The position numbers were made by a program, and so were the translations under genes. The notes under the pieces are model-generated. The model saw only the letters and a program-made list of their open reading frames with translations, made no database searches and had not been told where the DNA came from. Positions 31,107 to 40,416 of a DNA stretch of 45,608 bases are shown one piece after another; position 1 is the stretch's first letter, and each line of letters begins with the position of its first letter. The DNA lies in contig CAYZIR010000007.1 of NCBI GenBank assembly GCA_964478705.1, forward strand, positions 1 to 45,608, written 5' to 3'. Source of the stretch: an uncultured Candidatus Saccharibacteria bacterium. Its GTDB lineage: Bacteria > Patescibacteriota > Minisyncoccia > Phycocordibacterales > EsbW-18.

Positions 31107-31931
31107 TTATTCCGTCCTGTCGTCCTTGTCTCCTCTCGTCCTTATCAAAACCTCGCGTGCTTCAAAGAGGTTGATCGGCAGAATCGCGCGCACGGTTTGG
31201 AACGAATCAGTATCATGCGTTGTGACCTCTTTGACGAATCCGAGCACGCCATGACCTTCGCCAGAAAGCATGAGTGCTGCTTCTTTCTCTACGGCGATAT
31301 CTTTTGGAATACTGAGCTCGAATGCACCTCCGCCAACACCTGTTGCCGTGAAGAGCGCCGTGCTCGTTCCACTGACAGAGACGTGCGTTTCAACTCCAGG
31401 TGATGAGAAGAGCCGAACGCGCGCAGCGTGGGGACTCACGCTTTCGACCGTACCGAGCATGAGTGTGATGTCGAACCACGCCTCATCCCCCACCGCGATT
31501 CCATCGCTTGATCCCGCATCAATGAGTACAACATCGTACGGTGATCGAGATGGTGCAGCGATGATACGTGCAAGCACTCCCGCGGTGCTTGTTGAACGGC
31601 CAAAACGATCATACAGCCGATCTCGTTCTGCCTTCAATTCTTCATAAAGCGCTGCGCGAAGCGTGAGACGGATATTTTCTTCGCGCAGCGCATCGTTTTC
31701 TGCTTCAAGCTCGCGCTTGCTCGTAAGACGCGTACCCACGCCGTCAGCACTGTCGGTGATCGCTGCGCTTGCGCTGAACATCCCACCCGATGCTTCAAGA
31801 AAAAGAACATCGAGCCAATGCGGCTGGATGATAGCGATAAGAAGCGCCGCGAATACCGCAAGCGCTGTCGCAAGATATGATGGACGGAATGTCCGATGTC
31901 TACGCGGTTGGAGGAAGCGCATGTTCTTCAT
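31107..31931 (-). CDS. mreC: Rod shape-determining protein MreC
   Basis: N-terminal TM segment, coiled coil (LEAENDALREENIRL) and beta-barrel C-terminal domains. Confidence 0.85.
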   Translation of the reverse strand: MKNMRFLQPRRHRTFRPSYLATALAVFAALLIAIIQPHWLDVLFLEASGGMFSASAAITDSADGVGTRLTSKRELEAENDALREENIRLTLRAALYEELKAERDRLYDRFGRSTSTAGVLARIIAAPSRSPYDVVLIDAGSSDGIAVGDEAWFDITLMLGTVESVSPHAARVRLFSSPGVETHVSVSGTSTALFTATGVGGGAFELSIPKDIAVEKEAALMLSGEGHGVLGFVKEVTTHDTDSFQTVRAILPINLFEAREVLIRTRGDKDDRTE

Positions 31932-32964
31932 CTACGATGATGTCACGATAGCGCTCGGTCTCTTCGACGACAAGACCGGTTCCACGAGCAACAGCAGTGA
32001 GCGGATCATCCGCAATATAGACAGGGACTTTGAGCCACTCAGAAAGAAACACATCGAGACCGCGGATCAACGCACCACCACCGACAAGATAGATGCCGCG
32101 GCGCATCACATCAGAGACCACTTCGGGCGGCGTGGTTTCGAGAACCTCTTTGATCGATTCAACAAGCGTGTCGATCGATGTCGCGAGTGCCTCACGAACA
32201 TCGGCATCGGTCACCACAACCTCACGCGGAAGGCCGGTAATAAGGTCTCGACCACGGATGGTCACCTCGATAGGCTTTTCTTCAGCCAAAATAGCCCCTG
32301 CGGTCATTTTGAGGTCCTCGGCAGTACGCTCACCAATGAGGATCTTAAATTCGTCACGGACGTAGCTGATAATGTCGGAATTGAAGCGATCACCAGCAAT
32401 CTTGATGTTCTTGCCATTGACCACACCGGAAAGCGAGATGACGGTGATATCGGTCGTACCGCCACCGATGTCGACGATCATACTGCCGCTCGCATCGTCG
32501 ATTGGAAGGCGGATACCAAGCGCGGCTGCCATTGGTTGCTCAACAATGTATGTTTCGCGTGCACCAGCGTTTCGAGCTGCGTCACGCACCGCGCGGCGCT
32601 CGACGTTGGTTGTTCCAAACGGTACGCCAATCACGACGCGCGGACCAAGAATCTTTTTGCTATCACCTTGTGCACGGCGTACGAGATGCGCGAGAAACTC
32701 TTCAGTGACTTCAAAGTCAGAGATCACACCGCCTTCGAGCGGACGAATCGCTGCGATATGCTCAGGTGTGCGTCCAAGCATTCGCTTTGCTTCGTTGCCT
32801 ACCGCAACCACTTGTCCGGTCTTGTTGTTGACCGCAACAACCGTTGGTTCGTTGATGATGATGCCGCGGCCGCGAACATAGACGAGTGTATTGGCGGTAC
32901 CAAGATCAACGCCGATATCGTCAGAGACAAAGCTCTGAAGTTTTTGCTTCAGTTTTTCCCACAT
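31900..32964 (-). CDS. mreB: Rod shape-determining protein MreB
   Basis: DIGVDLGTANTLVY, MIVDIGGGTTD and GIYLVGGGALIRGLD actin-fold motifs. Confidence 0.95.
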   Translation of the reverse strand: MWEKLKQKLQSFVSDDIGVDLGTANTLVYVRGRGIIINEPTVVAVNNKTGQVVAVGNEAKRMLGRTPEHIAAIRPLEGGVISDFEVTEEFLAHLVRRAQGDSKKILGPRVVIGVPFGTTNVERRAVRDAARNAGARETYIVEQPMAAALGIRLPIDDASGSMIVDIGGGTTDITVISLSGVVNGKNIKIAGDRFNSDIISYVRDEFKILIGERTAEDLKMTAGAILAEEKPIEVTIRGRDLITGLPREVVVTDADVREALATSIDTLVESIKEVLETTPPEVVSDVMRRGIYLVGGGALIRGLDVFLSEWLKVPVYIADDPLTAVARGTGLVVEETERYRDIIVDEEHALPPTA

Positions 32965-32986
32965 ACAGTGGGTCTATTGTAACAGA

Positions 32987-33025
32987 ACACCGCCTGTCGG
33001 ATAGGTTTGACAGGCGGTGTTTTTG
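32987..33025. terminator. 12-bp hairpin between proS and mreB
   Basis: ACACCGCCTGTC/GACAGGCGGTGT is a perfect stem. The T-run is on the plus strand and an A-run precedes it on the minus strand. Confidence 0.5.
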
Positions 33026-33043
33026 GGGTTGTTGGGGATACCA

Positions 33044-34306
33044 CTATATAAATCGGGCAAGGAATGTCTCGGCCGATTCGATACTTGTTTCGCCGGTTCC
33101 CCGCACCTTCACTTCAACGCCTCCTGCGGTAAGCGATTTTTCTGAAAGCACCACCCGAAGTGGCATACCGAGCAAATCGGCATCGGCGAACTTCTCTCCG
33201 GCGCGTGCGTCGCGGTCATCCCATAGTACATCGATACCCGCTTCATCAAGCTTTGTGGCAAGTCTCAACGCTTCTTGATACGCACCACTCTCCTTGTCCG
33301 CATCGAGCGTAATAAGATGCACCTGGTATGGAGCAACCGATGTAGGCCATACGATGCCGTTTTCATCTGCAAGTGTTTCAACAATTGTTCCCATTAACCG
33401 AGTTGGACCGATACCATAACTCCCCATAACAACGGGAACACGTTCACCTGCTTCGTTAGTAAAAAGGAGATTAATCGCATCTGAGAAGCGGGTTCCGAGC
33501 GAAAAAATGTTTCCAACTTCCACTGCTTTCTTTTCAACAAGATTTTCTTTCTTTACACCAAGGTCTGCACATACGTCATCTGTAAGCACTTCCTTATTAA
33601 TTGCAATATTCTTTTCTTCATCAACGTAAATAAGATCCTCGCCCGCATCGCACACGGTCTGAAATTCATGTGAGTATTTTGAGAAACTACCACCCGACGC
33701 GAATGTCATATACGTTTTATCACCAAGACCCAATCGTTTAAATACATTTGCATATGCGCGTTGCGCGTTAGTATAAAATACTTGATGTTGGGCTTCATCA
33801 GCACAAAACGAATACAAATCTTTCATCAAAAACTCACGTCCGCGCATAATACCTGATTTTGCTCGCGCTTCGTTCCTGAATTTTGTCTGAATTTGATACG
33901 CCGAACATGGAAGATCACGGTACGAAGAGATGTGGTCTTTCATCAATGTCGTCAATGGTTCCTCGTGTGTGAAGCCTAAACCTAATTCACCGCCACTCGC
34001 GAGGTTTGTTGTGAACCATACATCCACTTTATCACTGCCCCATCGATCCGTTTTTTTCCAGGTCTCAGGGTCTTGCAGTGTTGAGAGAAAGAGTTCTTGT
34101 CCGCCAATTGCATTCATTTCTTCTCGGATGATTTTATTTATCTTATCGACAACCCGAAAACCTAACGGCAAAAGGTCGTACACACCGGCCATTTCTTTAT
34201 GGACATAGCCAGCACGAATCAAAAGCTGTGCGTTTTTTGCAACCTCATCAGATGGCGCTTCGCGTCGTGTTTTTGTGAAAAGCTGTGATTGTTTAGTTAT
34301 CGTCAT
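33044..34306 (-). CDS. proS: Prolyl-tRNA synthetase, bacterial-type sequence without the INS editing domain
   Basis: FTKTRREAPSDEVAKNAQLLIRAGYV..GVYDLLPLG, class II motifs and an anticodon-binding domain. It is only 420 aa. Confidence 0.92.
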   Translation of the reverse strand: MTITKQSQLFTKTRREAPSDEVAKNAQLLIRAGYVHKEMAGVYDLLPLGFRVVDKINKIIREEMNAIGGQELFLSTLQDPETWKKTDRWGSDKVDVWFTTNLASGGELGLGFTHEEPLTTLMKDHISSYRDLPCSAYQIQTKFRNEARAKSGIMRGREFLMKDLYSFCADEAQHQVFYTNAQRAYANVFKRLGLGDKTYMTFASGGSFSKYSHEFQTVCDAGEDLIYVDEEKNIAINKEVLTDDVCADLGVKKENLVEKKAVEVGNIFSLGTRFSDAINLLFTNEAGERVPVVMGSYGIGPTRLMGTIVETLADENGIVWPTSVAPYQVHLITLDADKESGAYQEALRLATKLDEAGIDVLWDDRDARAGEKFADADLLGMPLRVVLSEKSLTAGGVEVKVRGTGETSIESAETFLARFI

Positions 34307-34309
34307 ACA

Positions 34310-35410
34310 CTATGAGACCAATTGTATAACATCATGCACCGTGATGACGACCATGAGGATGATGAGAATAGAAAATCCAATGAGATTCATCCATTGTGTT
34401 GCTTGGATAGGTAATTTGCGTCGTGTGATTGTTTCAAGGAGGACAAAGAGGATACGCCCACCATCGAGCGCAGGAAATGGAATGAGATTGATGACTGCAA
34501 GGTTGATTGAAATAACGGCTGCAAACGTGAGAATCGCCATGAACCCGCGTTCGCTTGCATCCCCCACCATGCCGATGATACCAACAGGCCCCGACACATC
34601 AGAAAGGCTTCCATTGCCAGTAAGTGCGTTAGCAATGAGATGATACAGACCGGTCACTGTCGCACCAATGAATCGTAACGTCGTCTTGCCTCCTTCCGCA
34701 ATCGCAGAGAGAGGAGAAAGCTTCACAATGCCAACGAGATCAAGCGAGACACCGATAGCGCCACGGCCAGGCACAATACCCGTTTCTGGAATAACGTCAA
34801 TAAATTGTTGATTGCCACCCCTATTGATTTCAAGAGTGATCGTGCGATCTGAATGCCCACCAATAAATGTTTGTACATCTTCAACATCGACAGGACCTAT
34901 CCAGTCGGTCATTCCATCGTCAAACGACACAATAATATCTCCGGCTATGATGCCCGCTTCTTCTGCCGGAGAACCTTGTGCCACCTCAAGAATCGTCACT
35001 TCCGTTGTGCCGACGACACCTTTCGTGTCAGGTGTGACAACAGACGGAAGACCGCTCATGAATGAAAGTGAAAATATAATCCAAGCGAACAATGCATTGA
35101 AAATGACTCCCGCTGAGAGAACCCAAATTTTTTGCAATGGATTTTTACTATCGAGCGATACGCGCTTCTCTTCTGGAGTCAGTTCAGATGCACCGTCCTC
35201 TCCAAGAATTTTCACGAAACCACCGAATGGAATCCAGTTGATTGAGTAGGTGGTTTCGCTTCCCTCTTTCTTCCATGCGTAGAGGCGTGGGGGGAATCCA
35301 ATGCCGAATTCATCCACACGCGCACCAACCGATTTGGCCGAGAGAAAATGCCCGAGCTCGTGCACGAGAATCAAAAGTGCAAGTAAAACGATGAAAATAA
35401 TGAATGACAT
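34310..35410 (-). CDS. rseP: RIP metalloprotease RseP (site-2 protease)
   Basis: HELGHFL, a PDZ region, and NLIPFPALDGG. Confidence 0.9.
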   Translation of the reverse strand: MSFIIFIVLLALLILVHELGHFLSAKSVGARVDEFGIGFPPRLYAWKKEGSETTYSINWIPFGGFVKILGEDGASELTPEEKRVSLDSKNPLQKIWVLSAGVIFNALFAWIIFSLSFMSGLPSVVTPDTKGVVGTTEVTILEVAQGSPAEEAGIIAGDIIVSFDDGMTDWIGPVDVEDVQTFIGGHSDRTITLEINRGGNQQFIDVIPETGIVPGRGAIGVSLDLVGIVKLSPLSAIAEGGKTTLRFIGATVTGLYHLIANALTGNGSLSDVSGPVGIIGMVGDASERGFMAILTFAAVISINLAVINLIPFPALDGGRILFVLLETITRRKLPIQATQWMNLIGFSILIILMVVITVHDVIQLVS

Positions 35411-35419
35411 GCGGATTCG

Positions 35420-35974
35420 TTACACTGCGCGAATATCGTCCTCTTTTTTCTTTGCCGTAGCTTCAAGTTTCTCGTTCGCGTCTTTAACGAGCGCTTCCAT
35501 GTTTTCTTTCGCTTTGAATTTATCATCTTCGCTCATACCACCATCTTTTTCTTGTTTTTGAATGTCAGTCCACACTTCTTCACGGAGCGCACGCACAGAG
35601 ATGCGCGCTTCTTCGAGTTTCTTTCCAACCACTTTCGCATATTTCTCTCGGGTTTCTCCGGTGAGTTCAGGGAACACCACACGAATACCCTTCTCATCAC
35701 CAGACACCGAGAATCCGAGATTCGCTTCACGGAGTGCGCGATCAATCGCCTGGAGTGTATCGGATGCCCACGGAACGATACGAATCGTTCGAGCGTCCTC
35801 AACCGTCATATTGGCAAGCTGGTTGATTGGCATCATTGAGCCGTAGGATTCAGCACGAATACCTTCAAGAAGCGCGATTGATGCGCGTCCGGTCGTCACA
35901 GCAGAAAGCTCTTTTGCGAGCCATTCAGAAACCCCTGCGAGTTTCTCTTTAAATGAATTGAATGAATAGGCCAT
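35420..35974 (-). CDS. frr: Ribosome recycling factor
   Basis: Full-length RRF similarity (TGRASIALLEGIRAESYG, LREANLGF). Confidence 0.95.
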   Translation of the reverse strand: MAYSFNSFKEKLAGVSEWLAKELSAVTTGRASIALLEGIRAESYGSMMPINQLANMTVEDARTIRIVPWASDTLQAIDRALREANLGFSVSGDEKGIRVVFPELTGETREKYAKVVGKKLEEARISVRALREEVWTDIQKQEKDGGMSEDDKFKAKENMEALVKDANEKLEATAKKKEDDIRAV

Positions 35975-36019
35975 GAGGGCAGTATACAGCTTCTAGGTGC
36001 TAGGTTCTAGGTGCTGGTT

Positions 36020-36061
36020 TATTAAACAAGAAAGCCCCGCGTGGTCTTACGACACGCGGGG
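36020..36061 (-). terminator. Intrinsic terminator after the 36091..36516 gene
   Basis: CCCCGCGTG/CACGCGGGG 9-bp stem. The minus strand continues CTTTCTTGTTT. Confidence 0.6.
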
Positions 36062-36090
36062 CGGAGGGAGCGAAAAAGAGCGCTGAGAAC

Positions 36091-36516
36091 TCACGGAACC
36101 TTGACCAGCCAAAGAAGTCGGGATTCTTCCCTCTCGAGCTGTTCTTTAGTGAAATACTCTTCACTCGATAAGGTGAGAACAGGGAAGTATTCCTGCTGGC
36201 CGTCGGTGTAACAAGCCCGACGAAGCGCGGCCCGATACCCATCATCTCGGTAATACTGTTTGTCAAAAACCCGAAGCCAGAAGTAGTGCGGGGTCACTCC
36301 TTCCTTTTCGATCGATGCCTTGCCGAACACCAGCTTGAATCGACCCTTGGTTTCCGTTGGTACGCCAAGAGCAAGCGGCTTTAGACCGAACATACTACTC
36401 AACGACGCCATACTACAGAAGCTTCCTACGTACCCCATCCAATCTTCCACCGCCAAATCGAACTCGACGCCAACAGGCGGGTTCGGCATTCGAACAATCG
36501 TCTCTTGCAAAGCCAT
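36091..36516 (-). CDS. Hypothetical protein (141 aa)
   Basis: GGAG RBS about 9 nt upstream and its own terminator. No family recognised. Confidence 0.55.
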   Translation of the reverse strand: MALQETIVRMPNPPVGVEFDLAVEDWMGYVGSFCSMASLSSMFGLKPLALGVPTETKGRFKLVFGKASIEKEGVTPHYFWLRVFDKQYYRDDGYRAALRRACYTDGQQEYFPVLTLSSEEYFTKEQLEREESRLLWLVKVP

Positions 36517-36605
36517 ATGCGATTCTCCTCTCTCGGCGCACGAGTAGTCGCACAGCCGTTCAGTTCTGAAAGGAGAATAACGTATTTTATGAAAAAGTCA
36601 ATTCT

Positions 36606-36643
36606 GTGGAAGTTCGATTCCCAATTGGGAGTTGAACTTCCAC
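36606..36643 (-). terminator. 38-nt near-perfect palindrome downstream of ogt
   Basis: GTGGAAGTTC..TCCCAATTGGGA..GAACTTCCAC, with a T-run ~10 nt further on the minus strand. Confidence 0.45.
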
Positions 36644-36651
36644 ATCGCACC

Positions 36652-36939
36652 TTATGAGCGAAGAGCACCCTCCTTCTTCAAAATTGCACGCTTTTTCGCA
36701 ACACCACCAAAGGCATATCCGCCCATGCCACCATCGGAACGAATCACGCGATGACACGGTACACGCTTGTCGCGATTTTTACTCATGATGGTACCAATCG
36801 CACGCGAGGCACCCGGCTTCCCTGCTTTCTTTGCAACTCCCGCATAGGTCATCATCATGCCTTTTGGGATTTTTGCGACGATTGCATACACCTTCTGTGC
36901 GAAGGGTGTTTGCATTCCGTTAAAAGAGCTTGCCTTCAT
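36652..36939 (-). CDS. ogt: Methylated-DNA--protein-cysteine methyltransferase (single-domain Ogt/MGMT)
   Basis: TPFAQKVYAIVAKIPKGMMMTYAGVA...VPCHRVIRSDG has an intact PCHR active site. The start is ambiguous (ATG 36939 or 36915). Confidence 0.85.
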   Translation of the reverse strand: MKASSFNGMQTPFAQKVYAIVAKIPKGMMMTYAGVAKKAGKPGASRAIGTIMSKNRDKRVPCHRVIRSDGGMGGYAFGGVAKKRAILKKEGALRS

Positions 36940-37711
36940 CGGTTGATTTTTTCTTTTCTTGTAAAAGCATCGTGCGAAATGCTTTTCCCGCGTTATCGCG
37001 ATACGGACAGTACTCACAACGCTCACCGATTTCAGGGATCGTCTCACCCATCAGACACTCCTTTGCACGCATCAGTGTTGGTTCAATCCAATCGCCGTTG
37101 CCGGTGTATGGAATCACGTGTACATCAAATTCGAGTCGCGCATCAAACGCTTCTCGGTCTTTCTTTCCGTTCACATAGACAAAGTATCCTGTATTCGAGA
37201 CATCAAATTTATTTTGTCGAAGAAGCCATTGATAGATCTCCATCTGACGCTTGTATCCCTGTTGCCAAATACCATCGAGGTTCGGGTCTTCCGCCTTGCT
37301 GGTCGCCTTGTAGTCAACCACATGGAGTTCTCCTTTCGGATTCACCCACACATCATCAACCGCCCCGGTAATCAAAAAGTTTGCTGGTTCAAAGACCGCT
37401 TGGACGCCCTTGAAGTTCTCCCGCCACACATCAAGCTCGGGATGATCAAATGGGATTGCATCAATACCGTAGCGCTCCATCATTGGGTGCGGTTCGCCTT
37501 TCGCACGGTGCGTATCAAATTCTTTCTTAAGAAGGTGGTCAACCGCGACGTTTAAGGTGAAGCCCGGCATCGATGGGCGCGAGACGCCAAGACGGCGGTC
37601 AAGATAAAAACAGCGTGGGCACTCGACGAACATATCAATCTTACTGCGCGAGAGCTTGAATGGATCGTTTGAGCTCGGATCAAAATTTTTGAGATATCGT
37701 GTGTATGCCAT
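36920..37711 (-). CDS. PD-(D/E)XK nuclease with Cas4/AddB-like cysteine cluster
   Basis: N-terminal CPRC, the GAVDDVWV..LHVVDYK nuclease motif, and C-terminal CEYCPY (a 4-Cys pattern typical of Fe-S Cas4-like nucleases). Confidence 0.75.
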   Translation of the reverse strand: MAYTRYLKNFDPSSNDPFKLSRSKIDMFVECPRCFYLDRRLGVSRPSMPGFTLNVAVDHLLKKEFDTHRAKGEPHPMMERYGIDAIPFDHPELDVWRENFKGVQAVFEPANFLITGAVDDVWVNPKGELHVVDYKATSKAEDPNLDGIWQQGYKRQMEIYQWLLRQNKFDVSNTGYFVYVNGKKDREAFDARLEFDVHVIPYTGNGDWIEPTLMRAKECLMGETIPEIGERCEYCPYRDNAGKAFRTMLLQEKKKSTDEGKLF

Positions 37712-37735
37712 CCATCGGATTGTAGCATGGCGAGA

Positions 37736-37765
37736 ATAAAAAAAGCCCCCGAGAACTCTGGGGGC
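37736..37765 (-). terminator. Intrinsic terminator after the small wHTH gene
   Basis: GCCCCC/GGGGGC stem. The minus strand continues TTTTTTT. Confidence 0.65.
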
Positions 37766-37981
37766 TTAGCGGACTGCTCGACGGAAGGATTCTTCCTCGG
37801 TTCCGTTGTACTCACCGTGGATGTATCCTTCCCGCTTGAGGAACTGGAGGGTTTGGCTTAGCTTCGGCCGATCCTTGAAAGGCAACTTTTTGCCAATTTC
37901 CGACATGGGGATCGATCGATCCCCCGAGATTAGATTCAAGACTTTGTTGTCGAATGCGATTGTCTTCTCGCCTTTTGTCAT
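37766..37981 (-). CDS. Small winged-helix-like DNA-binding protein (71 aa)
   Basis: AAGGAGG RBS 10 nt before ATG 37981. IPMSEIGKKL...LSQTLQFLKREGYI is wHTH-like. Confidence 0.5.
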   Translation of the reverse strand: MTKGEKTIAFDNKVLNLISGDRSIPMSEIGKKLPFKDRPKLSQTLQFLKREGYIHGEYNGTEEESFRRAVR

Positions 37982-38045
37982 TCGAGGTTCCCCTCCTTTC
38001 TGTTCAAAATTGTACATATTCAAATTAAAAAGTCAATTTCCTCAC

Positions 38046-38495
38046 CTACTTATCCACAATCTTTGAAACACCGCGCTCAATGAACCAGAATATCGTAAAG
38101 GTAAGGAGTGTAAGGAACGTCGTGAAAAGTGCAAGCGTGTAGAGCCCGAATCCTGCCGCAATACCCACTCCGGCAGCAACCCAGAGCCCCGCTGCTGTGG
38201 TGAGTCCTACAATCGTCTGATCACGAAGCATAATGACGCCTGCACAAAGGAATCCTAAGCCCGTGATTACGCCGGCAACAACACGCATCACATCGCTCCC
38301 GTCAACCGAGAGCGTTTGCGCTCCCACAGCTTGGGCAACGACGATAAAAAGTGCGGATCCCATCGAGACCAACCCATAAGTACGAAGCCCTGCTGTTTTA
38401 TGCGCGAGTGTGCGTTCAACACCGAGCAACATTCCGAGGAGTAATGCGACGAGCACGTTCATTGTTGCGCTCATCATAAAAGGTTCAAATGCCAT
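38046..38495 (-). CDS. MgtC/SapB family membrane protein
   Basis: LLLGMLLGVERTLAHKTAGLRTYGLVSMGSALF is the MgtC signature. Start at ATG 38495, adjacent to the upstream stop. Confidence 0.85.
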   Translation of the reverse strand: MAFEPFMMSATMNVLVALLLGMLLGVERTLAHKTAGLRTYGLVSMGSALFIVVAQAVGAQTLSVDGSDVMRVVAGVITGLGFLCAGVIMLRDQTIVGLTTAAGLWVAAGVGIAAGFGLYTLALFTTFLTLLTFTIFWFIERGVSKIVDK

Positions 38496-38496
38496 A

Positions 38497-39012
38497 TTAT
38501 TCTGTATCAAAACGCATGAGTAATAGAAGACCATCACGCGTCACGGGAACATCTTTGAGATTATTAAATTGTTTATCACCATCATCTGCGAATATGAACG
38601 CATTGTATGTTGCGCCTGGCTTTGTTTCTCGGAGCAATGGTACGACACCTTCGTGCACGCCAGCGCCAAACCATGCGGCGCCAAGAATGTTGCCTGGTTG
38701 TCCAGCTATTTCCTCGCGAATAGCAATCCATCCTGGACGAGAAAGCGACACACGCTCAAGAACAACGGCATCTCCTGCTTTTTGATCCCCAACACGAACA
38801 TCATCGGTCGCATTCGCCGTGATGATTCCTTGCATGCCGAATGTTGTTGAAGCAATGGTGGTTGTCGCGACTGTTGCATCATCGACCGCGACTTCTGACA
38901 CATCAGAATTTTGCGTACCAATCAGTACAGCAATGAGCGCTACAAGTGCAACGCCTCCCAAGATCATGCCGTTTCGTCCCCTGAATACGTGCGAAAGTGC
39001 TGTAATCGTCAT
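38497..39012 (-). CDS. Membrane-anchored secreted hypothetical protein
   Basis: N-terminal TM/signal anchor (ILGGVALVALIAVLIG) and a beta-rich C-terminal domain. Confidence 0.55.
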   Translation of the reverse strand: MTITALSHVFRGRNGMILGGVALVALIAVLIGTQNSDVSEVAVDDATVATTTIASTTFGMQGIITANATDDVRVGDQKAGDAVVLERVSLSRPGWIAIREEIAGQPGNILGAAWFGAGVHEGVVPLLRETKPGATYNAFIFADDGDKQFNNLKDVPVTRDGLLLLMRFDTE

Positions 39013-39014
39013 GG

Positions 39015-39848
39015 CTATACGATACCACAGAGCTTGTGTGCTTCAGTCAGTATGTTTTCCACTTTTTTTCCTGTCACCCCAACAGTTTCGAGAATGTTGG
39101 GATTGTCGGTAATTGACTTACAGAGGACAACACCGTTTTGATACAACGCTTGACGTTCTTTTGTAGATAATGTGGTGAGACATGAGAGCGGATGAAGGCC
39201 GGTCTGCTCAATCAAATCCTGCACATTCCCCTTTTCTGGGTATCCCCATCCAATCATGGTGATACCAACGCACCTGCCATATTTGATAGCCATGTCAGTG
39301 AACTTGGTATTCGTGAGAAGCCATGATTCTGCTTTTCCGTTCGGGGGGCACATACCACTAAAATTCGCTGCTTCACAATCGAGAAAGCGCGCATGGATAT
39401 AGAGCGCGACCTTCACATCAGTTTTAAACCACTGATTATTATGAAACTTTGCCTCACCGAGGATGAGTTTCTTGTCATTTCGTGCAAGCACATCGATTTC
39501 GTGCGAAACACACTTACCTTCAATCATCGTTCCAACATCTACGTGATAACCTTGTCGTTTAAACACTTCACCGAGAAGATTTTCGAATGGATACCCTGAT
39601 GGACCAAGATCGAGCACGGCGCGTCTCAATGAATACCGCGCAGCGACCGGATGGTCGGTATGCATGCGCAACAATTTGCGCGCATGTTTATAAATATGAG
39701 AAGTACTCATACCGTCTGTCACTTCCTGCTCAATACGGTTTACAATTTCTCGCGCAACATCATCACGTGCACCCGCATTAAAAAGCGAACGCATGAGTTT
39801 TTGTGGACTGAATTCTTCGCGCGTACCGTCGAGTTTCGTTATGAGCAT
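39015..39848 (-). CDS. ATP-cone domain fused to an Mrr-like restriction-endonuclease fold
   Basis: MLITKLDGTREEFSPQKLMRSLFNAG..REIVNRIEQEV is an ATP-cone. GYHVDVG...HEIDVLARND..LILGEAKFHN is the (D/E)xK nuclease core. Confidence 0.75.
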   Translation of the reverse strand: MLITKLDGTREEFSPQKLMRSLFNAGARDDVAREIVNRIEQEVTDGMSTSHIYKHARKLLRMHTDHPVAARYSLRRAVLDLGPSGYPFENLLGEVFKRQGYHVDVGTMIEGKCVSHEIDVLARNDKKLILGEAKFHNNQWFKTDVKVALYIHARFLDCEAANFSGMCPPNGKAESWLLTNTKFTDMAIKYGRCVGITMIGWGYPEKGNVQDLIEQTGLHPLSCLTTLSTKERQALYQNGVVLCKSITDNPNILETVGVTGKKVENILTEAHKLCGIV

Positions 39849-39851
39849 GAT

Positions 39852-40328
39852 TTAGTATGTGCGTGTAAGTGTAAAATCGAGAGACAAATCACCTATACGA
39901 ATTGATGAGAGTACCGCATTTTCACTTGCTGGCACGTTTATTGAAACGAGAACATGCGAAATGCTTTGTGCACATATTGTGCCTGCGGGTGGTGGAATAA
40001 TTGCAAACGAAAGACCGACTTGTTCAGGGAATGACTCACGAATCGTAGCATCACCAGGAGACAATTTGTGACAGGGTGTTGGGAGAAATGCATCGAATGA
40101 GTATTTGTGAACGCCGTTTTTGTATACATCAGTCACCACCATGGTCGTCGGCTTTGTCTCTTCTGGGGGTGTTGCTGGCTGTGTCGATGATGCAACCACA
40201 TCACTCGATGATGCGGTAGTGAGATCCGATAGAGTCGGTGCTTCCACCGATTTCCCTGTAAGGGTAATAATGAGAAAAAGAATGACAATAAGAACGAGTG
40301 TAACAAGAAGTGTTCGGATAGTACTCAT
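39852..40328 (-). CDS. Membrane-anchored hypothetical protein
   Basis: Start at ATG 40328 gives an N-terminal anchor (LLVTLVLIVILFLIITL), then a Ser/Thr/Pro linker and a beta-rich domain. Confidence 0.5.
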   Translation of the reverse strand: MSTIRTLLVTLVLIVILFLIITLTGKSVEAPTLSDLTTASSSDVVASSTQPATPPEETKPTTMVVTDVYKNGVHKYSFDAFLPTPCHKLSPGDATIRESFPEQVGLSFAIIPPPAGTICAQSISHVLVSINVPASENAVLSSIRIGDLSLDFTLTRTY

Positions 40329-40416
40329 ATATTTGTGGTATACCAAAAGTATACATAGTGCGTCTCTGTATTGAAAGGAGTTCAATGACAGCTTTTAAGC
40401 AAGTGTTGCACCTGCG

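Noticed and set aside
31663-32982. 439-aa plus-strand ORF
   Set aside because: It is antisense to mreC and mreB, whose identities are unambiguous. It is a shadow ORF.
36589-36657. 22-codon plus-strand micro-ORF (MKKSILWKFDSQLGVELPHRTL) after an AGGAG
   Set aside because: The RBS spacing is long (13 nt). The ORF is essentially the 38-nt palindromic terminator read as protein, and it overlaps the ogt 3' end. There is no independent support.
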